A stretch of 64,000 nucleotides of DNA, from positions 9,308,710-9,372,709 of the forward strand of contig NC_068986.1 in NCBI RefSeq assembly GCF_001194135.2. Reading direction: 5' to 3'. A program made the translations under genes and the position numbers. Each line of letters starts with the position of its first letter. Position 1 is the first letter of the stretch. The notes beneath the pieces are model-generated. The model was not told the DNA's origin, did not search any database, and was given only the letters and a program-made list of their open reading frames with translations. This DNA comes from Octopus bimaculoides (taxonomy: Eukaryota). This document shows, piece by piece, positions 39,510-50,770 of this stretch.

Positions 39510-39528
39510 ATGGCTGATACTCAGGAAG
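39510..39528 (+). CDS. Candidate first coding segment (MADTQE + 1 nt) in exon 39451-39528 of an unidentified gene
   Basis: Acceptor 'tctactttgtttacag' ends at 39450. ATG at 39510 is in strong context (gaaaATGG) and is the only ATG in the exon. The donor is AAG|GTAGGA at 39529, and the surrounding sequence is unique. Confidence 0.5.
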
Positions 39529-39811
39529 GTAGGAAATATTTTCTTATTTGTTGAGACAAGGGTGGTGCAGTGATAGAGCAACAGAAAAAAGTGCTTTGCA
39601 CTATTTGTTCCAGTCCTTAAAACATTCTGAGTTCAAATCCTGTCAAAGTCAACTTTTGCTTTTCATCTTTCTAGGGTCCATAAAATACCAGTCAACTACT
39701 GGGTTAATGACATTCACTTACACTCTCCTCTTGAAATTGCTGCCCTTCTTCCTCAAATTGAAATAATTATTTTTTGATATTTAAAAGATATGCATTCACC
39801 CTCTATCCTAC

Positions 39812-39855
<44 letters not shown>

Positions 39856-40168
39856 GTGTGGGTCACCATCAGTTGATGATGAGGATTCAGTGTTGTTTGA
39901 TCACCTGAATTACCTGCCCCTGAATTAACTCCTTAGTAACTATATGTTCCACAGACCCCAAGTACTGTTAATGTAATCCTCAGGCAGAATCAACGTGACA
40001 TGGTGTGTGTCTGTGTGTGACAAGGCCGGACCTTTTGAATTCCAGATACAATCCATTAGATGGGCTTCTGTACAGTTTCTCTCTCCACAATTTTTACCAA
40101 AGATGCCATGCAGTGAGATTGAACCTGGGACCATATGCTTATAAAACGAACTTTTTAACCATTTGGCC

Positions 40169-40209
<41 letters not shown>

Positions 40210-42236
40210 ACCAGTATGGCAGCTTGGTTATGAAGTTCACTTTCCAACCATGTGGTTCAAGGTTCAGTTCCATTGCATGACAACTTGAGCAAGTGCCTTC
40301 TACTACAGCCTCGGGACGACCAAGGACTTGTGAGTGAATTTGGAAGTCAAGAACTGTGGGAAACCACTTGTATACATGTCAAAGCAGACTTGACTAGTGC
40401 TAGTGTCATGTAAAAAGAAAAAAAAAGGCACTCAGTACACTTTTGTAAAGTGGTTGGTGTCAGGAAGAGCATCCAGCTGTAAAAACCAATGCAGACAGTG
40501 GTGCTTGGTGCAGTCCTGTGGCTTATCCACTCCTGTCAAACTGCCCAACTCATGCCAGCAATGAAACGTGGATATTAAATGATGATGATGATAATACAGT
40601 GCATCATCATCCTCATTTTAACATCCACTTTTCATTGCTTGCATGGGTCAGACAGAATTAATTGAAGCAAATTTTCTATGGCTGGATGCCTTTCCAGTCA
40701 CCAACAATCGGGTAAAAGTGAAGGACACTGCTTGTATGATGGTAACACTTGTTTACAACTAGTATGTGATATGAAGATAAGGAAATACAAGTTTGTCTTC
40801 TTGTCTTGATATTGTGTGATAATTGTAAACGAGTTTCATTGTTATGCAAGTGGTGTCATTCTTCTCTAATCATCCATGAAAACCCATCCAGCAATGGAGA
40901 AAATATTGCCATGCTTGCAAAAAGGGTGAAAGTTTGTAACAGGAAAAGGGGTCTGGCTGAAGACAATTTACTTCAATGAACTGACTCACCAGTTCCAGTC
41001 AAGCCATCCAACCCATGCCAGCATGGAAAGAAGACATTAAATGATGATGATTAATAGATTTATGCATCTGTTAATTACAGCAGCGCAAATTCTTTCATGA
41101 GAAAACATTTTATGTAATGAGAATTTGTGATGAATTTCTCTTGTTTGTGAAGATCCAAAGACATGGAACTTTATTAAGAATATTTTCCAGAATATCAAAC
41201 ATATAAAGTATCTTGGTATATGTACATAAAGCATGAAATGTTTTTGTGTGTTTAAACATGGTGTTTCTCTAATACGTTGACAATGGATCATCTGATCTGA
41301 ATGTTCCACTAAGCAGATTGAGATATTTTAAGGAAACATTGGTGAAAGCCAACAACATTGAGTGGAAATGGTTTTATGATAGGAATATGTTGTTGTTTGG
41401 ACGCAGATCAGTCCTGATCGGTTAGTCATTGGGCAACATATTGTTTTGTAGAGACAGGTCAGTCATTGGGCAATATGTAGTTGGTTGAATAACAAAAAAC
41501 AGCTCACAGATCCATCTTCTAGTTTGACCAGTGGTTCTCAACCATTTTTTTGCCCATGGCCTCTTTTGGTTCCTGTTTTACTCAAGGGACCCTCCTAGTC
41601 ATTTGATATTTAAAAAAATCCTATAAAATTTATACAATTAATATTATTAGGAATTGTATAAAAAAAAGTAAAATATTTTGTGTATTGTAGAAGCATAACT
41701 GATTTATTGCCAATAAATTTTAACACCAAAATCTTATATGGACCCAGGTTGAGAACCACTGAGTTAGACCATGTTTCCACCTAGCAGTGACCATACTGCA
41801 TTCTCCAACATCTTGTACTCTTTCTCTTTCTCTCTGTTGTCCAGTCTATTCCTGTGTCTTCTGATGGTGATTGTAGCAGAGGTGGTCAAGGAAGATATGG
41901 TCAGAACAATAATTTAATTATTGTTCCTTAACAATAATTGCTGCTAATATAATTACCATCTCAGTGTTTAGGACCAGTGAGGTTATTGATCATCATCATC
42001 ATCATCATTCAGTGTCTGTTTTCCATGCTGGCATGGGTTGGATGGTGTGACAAGAGGAGCTGGTAAGGCTGGAGAACTACACCAAGCTCTATTTGTTTGC
42101 GTGTGTTGGTATGGCTTCTACACCTTGATGCCCTTCCTAATGCCAACCACTTTACAGAGTGTGCTGGGTGCTTTTAATGTGACGCCAGCACAGATGCTGT
42201 TGCTGTGTGTATCTGTTTCTCTAGTATAATGTTGAA

Positions 42237-42271
<35 letters not shown>

Positions 42272-42344
42272 AAGTGTTTTAATAATGTTGCATTGAAATA
42301 TTGTAGATGTATCTGAGTGTTTGGAGAGGTTTTTTTTTTTTGGT

Positions 42345-44700
42345 CATCATGGATTGTCAAGGCAACAGAGTGTGCCTCTTGCATGTCCAGCAAGTCTTTC
42401 AGTTTTACTCCTTTGGTTCATTATGGAGGTGGCTTGTGGATGCAGTGTGTATAAAACCTGTTATGGTATCAAGCAAACTGTTTTGGGTTTCTTGTAGTTT
42501 CTTGTGATTGATTGAAGAGAGATCGGAGGCAGCCCAGGTAGGGTTGTATTTAATGTATAGTTTGTACCTCATCAGCCTTGTTGTTGTTGTTTTTTTTTTG
42601 CTGGCCAAATATGATTGTCTGTGATTGCTTTATTAAGGATTGTGGGTTGGTAATGTTACAGAGCTGTTGTATGGAACTCTTAGTATTTTTGTTTTCTGTT
42701 TTTTTTTTTTCTTTAACGATGATGATGATGATGTGTGTGTGGGTGTGTTTGATGTTCTGTGGAGTTGCTGGTAAAAAGGAGGACAGCAAGATTTGGCAGG
42801 TGCTGCTGTTCTCAGTCTTTTGGTGCCAGGTTTCTTGGTGACTGGATTTGTAGTGCAGCCATGTCTGAAGAAGAATTGTGGGAGTGTATGAATTTGATGT
42901 CTTTTGCAGATGAGGTTGGATGTTTTGAAGTAGAAAAGTTGAAAAGAGTGGCTGATAGGACAACACATCCTCAAAGCACTCCATTTATTGCAGATTCTAG
43001 AAGTGCTGATTGTGTACATTAATTCCATAGTTTTGGCAACCTGACAAATAATTTGCCAACTAGTGGCAGTTTTTTGTTGTTTTTTAAGGTGGTGCTGAAT
43101 AGTTTCTGTGTGAGTGGTTAGTGAAGAAGGGTGGAGGAAGTCTCACTGATGTTGATGGTGGTTAGATTGGTACATATAGGCTGGTGGTGGTTGTGGCTGG
43201 TTGTTGTTGGGGTCATTGTGCATTATGTGCTGTCTGAATCTTTTGATTTGGAGAAAGGGTGGAGTGGGGAGGGGCGGTGAGTTAGTAAAATCAAAGAATG
43301 AAGAGTGATAGGTCTGCCTGTTTTGTGTTATTTTACTTGATTTTTTTTTGTTTTTTCTTTTTTGTTGGGTTTTAGAATTATGGTTTTCTCTGTCTTCCAG
43401 GTTCTGGGTATTAAAAAAGAATAACTGCTCTTGCTAATGAGTCAGTGGTTCCTTCAAAAGCATTCAGGTGTTTTTAGGTATAAATCTGTGATTTTGTCTG
43501 GACTCCAAGCACTGAGGTTTTTGAGTTTTTAGATTTCTTTCATGCATTTTGAGTGTCTGATGGAAGAAAAATGGTCAAAACTGTGGTCTGGATGGAAAGG
43601 TGCATATTTCCTGATGAGTTCCTACTTTCTTTGTGAGGTTTTGTGGTGGCTGATTTTTGAGAAATATTTAAGAATGAGGACATTTATTTGGTCTGGCAAT
43701 GTCAGTATTTGAGGTTATTCTGACACAAGGTCTGCTGGAATCGTTGTTGTTGTTGTTGTTAATCTAGACAGTGTTCTACTGTTTTGTGGTTTATGTTGCA
43801 CACAGATGTTTGTCAGTTTTCTGTTTTTTTACTGGTTTATTATTATCATCATCATCATCATCATTATTATTATTATTTTATGTAGTTTTTGTGTGGTTGT
43901 CTGTTATTTTATGAAGTTTCCTCTTCCCAGCATGCAATTGGGTTGTATTTTTTTAATATTGCTTTGTAGGATGTTGTTTTTTCTCCTTCTTTTTTTAGCC
44001 GTCTTTGTGGAATGCATGCAGTGCGGTGCCTATGCTGATGATTGTGAGTGAAGAGTGTGAAGCACAAGGTGGTGCCTGACGAACAGTTGTTGTAGTTGAC
44101 TTGCTGGGGGTAGGTTTGTGTGTCGGTGTGGATTATTTAGGGTACAAAGAGAGTTCAGCCATTATGATATCATGTTACCTCCCCTTGTTATCTGTACCAT
44201 TAGCCGACCTGGAGGTGTTTAGTGCATTAATGTCTCCTTCACTTGTGGTGTTTGTGATAGTGTTGTTGTTGGAATGTATAATTTAGTGGGGTGGTTATTT
44301 AAGTTGCTGGTGTGTGTATGTATGTATATATATATATATCTCAATGTATTTCGTATTGCTCGTTTTTATTTCGAAAGTTTATATTTTTAGTGTAATGTCA
44401 TTTTCCCCGTTATTTTACAAATGTTGTTTGTGGTATTCATACATTGAATGCAAAGTTATGTGTGTTATAAGACGACCCCCATTGTGAAAGGGTCTGTCTA
44501 CTCGGATATGAGTATGTTTTTGTAATGTTGAGTGATTTGTGAGCTGGTAGTGGGAATGCTTCCTGTATTATTGTTATGTGAATGTTGTAAGTGAAATATA
44601 AAAATCATGTAAACGCTTTTTATATGTTGTTAGGGTTGTATTTAAGAATTTTTAGATGTTTTTAATAATAATTTTTATAGAATATATTTTTGTGTTTCTT
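42345..44700 (-). mobile_element. Heavily decayed APE-RT LINE (I/Jockey-group-like)
   Basis: Minus-strand motifs in the expected order: IQE (about 44570), DRPFHNGGRLIT (about 44490) and GDINALNT...DNKG (about 44240), all APE endonuclease motifs. The RT C-terminal YKLYIKYNPTWAASDLSSINHKKLQETQNSLLDTITGFIHTASTSHLHNE lies at 42405-42570. Many frameshifts. Confidence 0.7.
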
Positions 44701-45849
44701 GTTAAATATATCCTGGATAGAATAAGAGCATATTTTTAAAATGAGGTATGAAAATGCTATTGTGAATGGTTATTAGAATTAAATTGTATAGTAACGGAAC
44801 TTTCCAGCTGGCAAACTTCACCTGTTTCCGAGACGGATCACATTTCCATATGGCCAGACATGTTTTTCATGGAAGACTGGAAACAGATAACAATGCTTGT
44901 AGGATGATAATACTCATTGACAATGATCACATGTCAAGACAAGGGTACACACAGACATGTATGCTTGTATGTGTGTGTATATGCATACTTGCACACACAC
45001 ACATACATGACAGGCTTCTTTCAGTTTCCATCTACAAAATCAGCAGTTACTTTTAAACAGAACCACCTTTGTTTAAAGATTTGATCTTCAATGCATGAGT
45101 ACTACTGAAGGAAATTATTATAGGTGCAGATTTGGGTTCTCAAGCACATGGTCCCAGGTTCAGTCCCACTGCATGGCACATTGGGCAAGCATCTTCTACT
45201 ATAGTCTCAGGCTAACTAAAGCTTTATGAGTGGATTTGGTTGACAGAAACTGAAAGAAGCCCATCGTATGTGTGTGGGTATGTATGTGTGTGCATATATA
45301 TATTACTCAAAGAAATTCCAACTTTGATTTTCATGTTTTATTTACAATCTTATAATAATAATATAATATAATATAATGAAATGATAGAATATTAACTGTC
45401 CATTCTGATTGAACTACTACGTTCATGCATTAAATTATGCAATCATTAGGTTCATGTAGTAGTGGTGACAGTTATGTTTTACAATGTATAATGAAGAAAT
45501 AAATGGGATTATTATCCCCTTATACAGCACAACTAATTAGCGCTCTAATAAAGTGTCAGGAATATAAAGCCAAGAAAGAGAGAACAAATTTATAAGTCAG
45601 TATTCATATTTACTCGGTATATTTCAAAGCATCGGAATACCTCACAACATACATACGTGCATTCATATATGCATGATATAATATAAAAATATAAAAACAT
45701 ATAATTAAATAACTGTACTTGTGAGGCTGTATGTTGGTATTAAAATCAATGAGGATATTAAAATATGCATTTGGTGAATGCATAGCATTAATTCAAAGAG
45801 ATGAAAATGTTGGTATAAAATGATTTTAAGGAGAATCTTCAGCAGGTAT

Positions 45850-45938
45850 AAAGTCTGACAGCTGTTTCGAGAAAATATAGGTTGGCGAGTTAATTCCAAC
45901 CATAACAATCCTCTACATTTCTCTCATCAGAGTTAATC
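45850..45938 (-). ncRNA. Type I hammerhead ribozyme motif with elongated stem II in the PLE 3' region
   Basis: The minus strand reads AACT-CTGATGA-GAGAAA...TTTCTC-GAAAC-AGCT-GTC-AGACTT. All core nucleotides are present, with a 6-bp stem II base, a palindromic AGCT loop on a 2-bp stem III and a GUC triplet (cut predicted between 45857 and 45856). Stem I is weak. Confidence 0.75.
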
Positions 45939-46129
45939 TTAAAATTTTAAGCAATGTGAGAAATTTTAGAATTTTAAAAATTTGAATGCTATGTCGGAAC
46001 ATACTGTTCAGGTGGATGATAGAATAAGAGCTAAATTTACATATTTAAATAGGTTATGAAGCTATTTGATAATAGTGTTTTAAGATGAATCCAAATGCAG
46101 AAAGGGTAAATAGGTTAAAATCATATAAA

Positions 46130-46822
46130 CTAATTATTTTTGGAAAAAAATTTAAAAGTCGATAAATATTTATGTCTACAAAGAATAATTACATCCGAGA
46201 TCTTATTAAGTAAAACTTTTTTGTCAGCACGGAGTATATTGATCGCTTCTTTTGTGCATAATTTACAATTTCTGGTGTGTGCATTGTATGGTATCATTTC
46301 CATTATAATAGACCAATCCAGACTGAATTCTTTATTACACATTTTTAATTTATTAATGTGGATAGCTGGTGCGGTTGAGTTTTTTGTTTCTTGATTAATA
46401 AATGAATTTGTGTGACTCCTATATCTAGCCTTAAAGACAGTTGTACTTCCTATGTATATCTTCTTTGATTCACTAAGGGTTGAAATCTCAACTTTATACA
46501 CAATATTTCTCCTTAAACAGAATCCCTTTAAAAGACATAAAACCCAGTTACAGCAATTACATGTTTTATTTCCATGCTTTGCCTCTTTATATTTTTAATA
46601 TCAGGATTCTTATTGTCATCTCTATCTATACCATTATTCCTAAGTTTTAGTCTATCATTATAGATCCTAGATTAGGCGTAGTTGAGTACGATAATTTAAG
46701 GCAGGATCTGTTACAGATGGGATGATATTTATGGCCTAATGGGAAATACCTATCAATGATCCTAAGAAATAATTTAGGGCTGTTACTGACTTGGAGGGGA
46801 AAAGGAGGGTTAATACATAAAT
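46130..46822 (-). pseudogene. PLE ORF remnant: post-RT thumb, Cys-rich linker and GIY-YIG endonuclease
   Basis: Hand translation gives CINPPFPLQVSNSPKLFLRIIDRYFPLGHKYHPICNRSCLKLSYSTTPNLGSIM. After a stop and frameshifts it reads KTCNCCNWVLCLLKGFCLRRNIVYKVEISTLSESKKIYIGSTTVFKARYRSH...CKLCTKEAINI...LLNKISDVIILCRH. The VY-YIG motif and catalytic R, E and N are present. Confidence 0.9.
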
Positions 46823-46825
46823 ATG

Positions 46826-47137
46826 ACTGACTTTAAGACTAGATATAGGGGTCACACAAATTCATTTATTAATCAAGAAACAAAAAACTCTATCGCACCA
46901 GCTATCCACATTAATAAATTAAAAATGCATAATAAAGAATTCAGCCTGGATTGGTCTATTATAATGGAAATGACACCATACAACACACACACCAGAAATT
47001 GTAAATTATGCACAAAAGAAGCGATCAATATACTCCGTGCTGACAAAAAAGTTTTACTTAATAAGATTTCAGATGTCATTATTCTTTGTAGACATAAATA
47101 TTTATCAACTTTTAAATTTTTTTCCAAAACTAATTAG
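46826..47137 (+). pseudogene. Inverted partial GIY-YIG copy (lacks the VY..YIG N-terminus)
   Basis: ORF 46823-47137 matches ORF 46130-46501 from the FK-RY motif onward, with about 8 amino-acid differences. Confidence 0.88.
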
Positions 47138-50100
47138 TTTATATGATTTTAACCTATTTACCCTTTCTGCATTTGGATTCATCTTAAAACACTATTATCA
47201 AATAGCTTCATAACCTATTTAAATATGTAAATTTAGCTCTTATTATATCATCCACCTGAACAGTATGTTCCAACACAGAAGCGAATTTAAAAAAAATTTA
47301 AATTTCTCACATTGCTTANNNNNNNNNNNNNNNNNNNNNNNNNNNNNNNNNNNNNNNNNNNNNNNNNNNNNNNNNNNNNNNNNNNNNNNNNNNNNNNNNN
47401 NNNNNNNNNNNNNNNNNNNNNNNNNNNNNNNNNNNNNNNNNNNNNNNNNNNNNNNNNNNNNNNNNNNNNNNNNNNNNNNNNNNNNNNNNNNNNNNNNNNN
47501 NNNNNNNNNNNNNNNNNNNNNNNNNNNNNNNNNNNNNNNNNNNNNNNNNNNNNNNNNNNNNNNNNNNNNNNNNNNNNNNNNNNNNNNNNNNNNNNNNNNN
47601 NNNNNNNNNNNNNNNNNNNNNNNNNNNNNNNNNNNNNNNNNNNNNNNNNNNNNNNNNNNNNNNNNNNNNNNNNNTATATATATATATATATATATATTAA
47701 ATGTATGTGTGTCTTGTCGTCCCTCTCCTCCACCACTACTTGACAACTGGTGTTGGTGTGATTATGTCCCCATAACTTAGTGGTTTGGCAAAAGAGGCTG
47801 ATAGAATAAGTAACAGGTTTTAAAAAGAGTGCTGAGGTCGATTCCTTTGACTAAAGATTCTTCAAAGCATTGCTCCAGCTTGGCTGCAGTCAAATGATTG
47901 AAAGAAATAAAAGAAAAAAGAATGATTGTATTCTTCAACCAGTTGGCTGAGACATCAATGACTTGGTGCCAAATGTTTGGTTCATTAGATCAATAATCAA
48001 TCTTAATCAAGGAATTATCACCTGTGTTATATTTGATTTCTGTTTAGTTTTACACCTGAAATCTGATGTTTTTTTTTTGTTTGTTTTTTTTTCAATATTG
48101 TTATTTATCTAAACTTTGATATATTGAGGTTTTCTGTCTCAGACTCAAAAGAAAGTTGGCAATCTACAAAGGTTATGAGAGTTAGACTCCTTCATCAAAC
48201 TTAAACATTGAAATTAGGTTAGAAACATATAACGAGAAAAGTAATAATTAATTAAGGTAATCTCAACAGAGTGGAAACTAGATTGATTACAGGTTCAGGT
48301 GACTGACTGACTGATGAATGCTGTTTAACCCTAGGTTGACTCTGACTGAGACGACCCAGGACAAAAGGTATTTTAGTCCTTGTTGTATCCTCTGTCTCCG
48401 ATGTCATAGTACCATCATGATATTGTCACAGATGGTTTAGATATACTGTACCAGTGTTGTAACAGTAAACAAGATAAAGATGCATTTGTAACAACAGCGT
48501 AATGATCCGTAATCTCTCCATGAACCAACAGTCAATATTCCAAATGAACCAACCAGCTGACACCTTCCCACTTCACTGTGAACTCAACTCCAACTAAAAC
48601 ACAAACTTCACTCTGACTGCTACTATTTATAATCGCTTGTTCCAGTCTATTTATCGCAAGGGAGTGTCAAGACTCTCATCACAACAGTCATGAACATTCA
48701 TCTTTTCTTTTATGCAAAATATACTTCTGGTTTATATTATCTGCTGTGTCTCTTTTTAAGGCAGTTGGGTATGATTTAAAGAGGATTGGCTGCTACTTCT
48801 AGCAGGTGAAGCTCTTTTTATTAATTTACATTGTTTAGTTAAGACTTGTTACATGGCTCAGCCTTCAGAGCAGGATAAAAGTAGTGATGTTTGGTATTTA
48901 TTTCTATGGAAATGGGAAAAGATGATCTTCTAATTGAAAGCTTTTATGTACATATTTTGTTGTGGTTTCAAGGAGATTTATGAATTATATTTAACCCTTT
49001 AACATTTAAACCAGCCAAATCTGGCCCAAATATTCTTCCTGTTTTATGTTCAAACTGGCCAGATCCACTCCTCACACTTATCCTACAATGTCATTCTAAA
49101 AATAACTGATCACATCATTAAAAGTTCAAAGCTATGAGATAATGCATAGCTAATTAAAAAACAATGTGAATTGATAAAGCATTCCATTTGACAGTAATTT
49201 GAATGCTGAAAGGTTAAAACGAATCAGCTGAGATATGTAATATTGTACATTCAGGTGTTGTGTGTAGGCTAATATAAAATGTACAACAAGGTTTTATATT
49301 GAGGTAAAGTGGGAATTATCATTGGTCTCCGTGGTGATTCTGGTAATTACTCCCTTTGGGTTTTGTCATCAGCTTTGTATGTTGGATGGTTTGTTGTGGT
49401 TGAAGCTGGTTTTTATGTCAAGTTATTCTCTTTTGATGCAGACTGGAAGATCACATTTCACTGGGTAGGAAGCAGAAATAAAATCTTCAATGCAGTTGTT
49501 TGGTAAATTTATTTAATGACTGATCTCGGACTTGAATCTTTTGAACCTAAACTTCAACAAACAGTTTTGGTTATTTTAGCATGTTCACAATCTACAATGC
49601 AGTCTTTTAAACTGTGCTTGTTGCTTACAAAAATATACAAAACGTGCAAGTCAAAGAAACTGTGGAAGACTAAATGTCAGTAGTACCAGGCCAATAGTTT
49701 ATAGAAATAACAGGAACAACATTGTTCCAACTACTTTTGAAGCTCATTTCTTTTCTATCATAACCTTGCTATCATGTTTGTGTTGGTTGCACACAGACAT
49801 ACACAAACATAGACCCCCCCTTCCCGACCCCACAAACACACTTAACTTGTATCCCTCACCCTTTATCCACCCTTTTAACCCCATAAAATCTCTACAGTTG
49901 TCATCTACCCTTCCCTGCCTTCCCACCCACTCTTTATTCTGTTCCCATTCTCTTCTATTCACCTTGGACCCTGAGGCCACCTTCACACCACATCACCTCT
50001 ATTTTATCTCTTTCAGCTCCACTACAATACTTTAACCCTCTCCAGACATTAAACAGTGATGATGGATCTAATTTGATGCATCATTTACACCTGTATGCTC

Positions 50101-50289
50101 ACCCCATCCAGGTGCACATGCATGCATGCAGGCACATGCACGCACACACACACACACGTGACACAGTTGGCACTCAGCTTGTCTACCTGCAAGGTATTGG
50201 CCAACCTGAAGCTAGAGTGGAAAATTGAGTTACAAACTAAGCCATTTTTACCCATGCGGCTCTTCCTGCACTTATCTCTGTAGATTATA

Positions 50290-50770
50290 TTTATTTCTTT
50301 ATTGCCCACAAGGGGCTAAGCATAGAGGGGACAAACAAGGACAAACAAAGGGATTAAGACGATTACATCAACCCCAGTGCATAACTGGTACTTATTTAAT
50401 CAACCCCGAAATGATGAAAGGCAAAGTTGACCTCGACAGAATTTGAACTCAGAACGTAATGACAGACGAAATATCACAAAGCACTTCACCTGGCGTGCAA
50501 TCGATTCTGCCAGCTCGCTGCCTTTATAATCTCCATAGATTATATTGGAACAGACTTTGCTGGGTTTAAGACGGCGAGGTGGCAGAATGGTTAGCACGCC
50601 AGGCAAAATGCTCAGCAGCATTTCATCTGTCTTTACGTTCTGAGTTCAAATGCTGTCAAGGTTGACTTTGCCTTTTCTTCTTTCAGGGTCGATAAAATAA
50701 GTACCAGTTACACACTGGGGTTAATGTAATCAACTTACCCTGAAATTGCTGGCCTTGTGTCAAAATTCGA
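50290..50770. mobile_element. Head-to-head inverted pair of the same CORE-like SINE
   Basis: Minus copy at about 50290-50520 and plus copy at about 50573-50770, with a spacer of about 55 bp. Confidence 0.8.

Larger units (their letters stand above)
45850..47318 (-). mobile_element. 5'-truncated Penelope-like retroelement with inverted partial copy at its 5' end
   Basis: The main copy (minus strand, about 46825 to 45850) carries thumb, linker, GIY-YIG, 3'UTR and a hammerhead. An inverted copy of its 3' about 495 bp runs on the + strand from about 46826 into the gap at 47319. The true 3' boundary may lie left of 45850. Confidence 0.9.

Noticed and set aside
46140-47127. Antisense 84-aa ORFs 'MEKNLKVDKYL...'
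   Set aside because: They are shadow frames of the GIY-YIG coding strand, duplicated only because of the inverted repeat.
49340-49380. Minus-strand CTGATGA after a possible decayed endonuclease tail
   Set aside because: There is no downstream GAAA or stem II closure, and the protein similarity is too weak.
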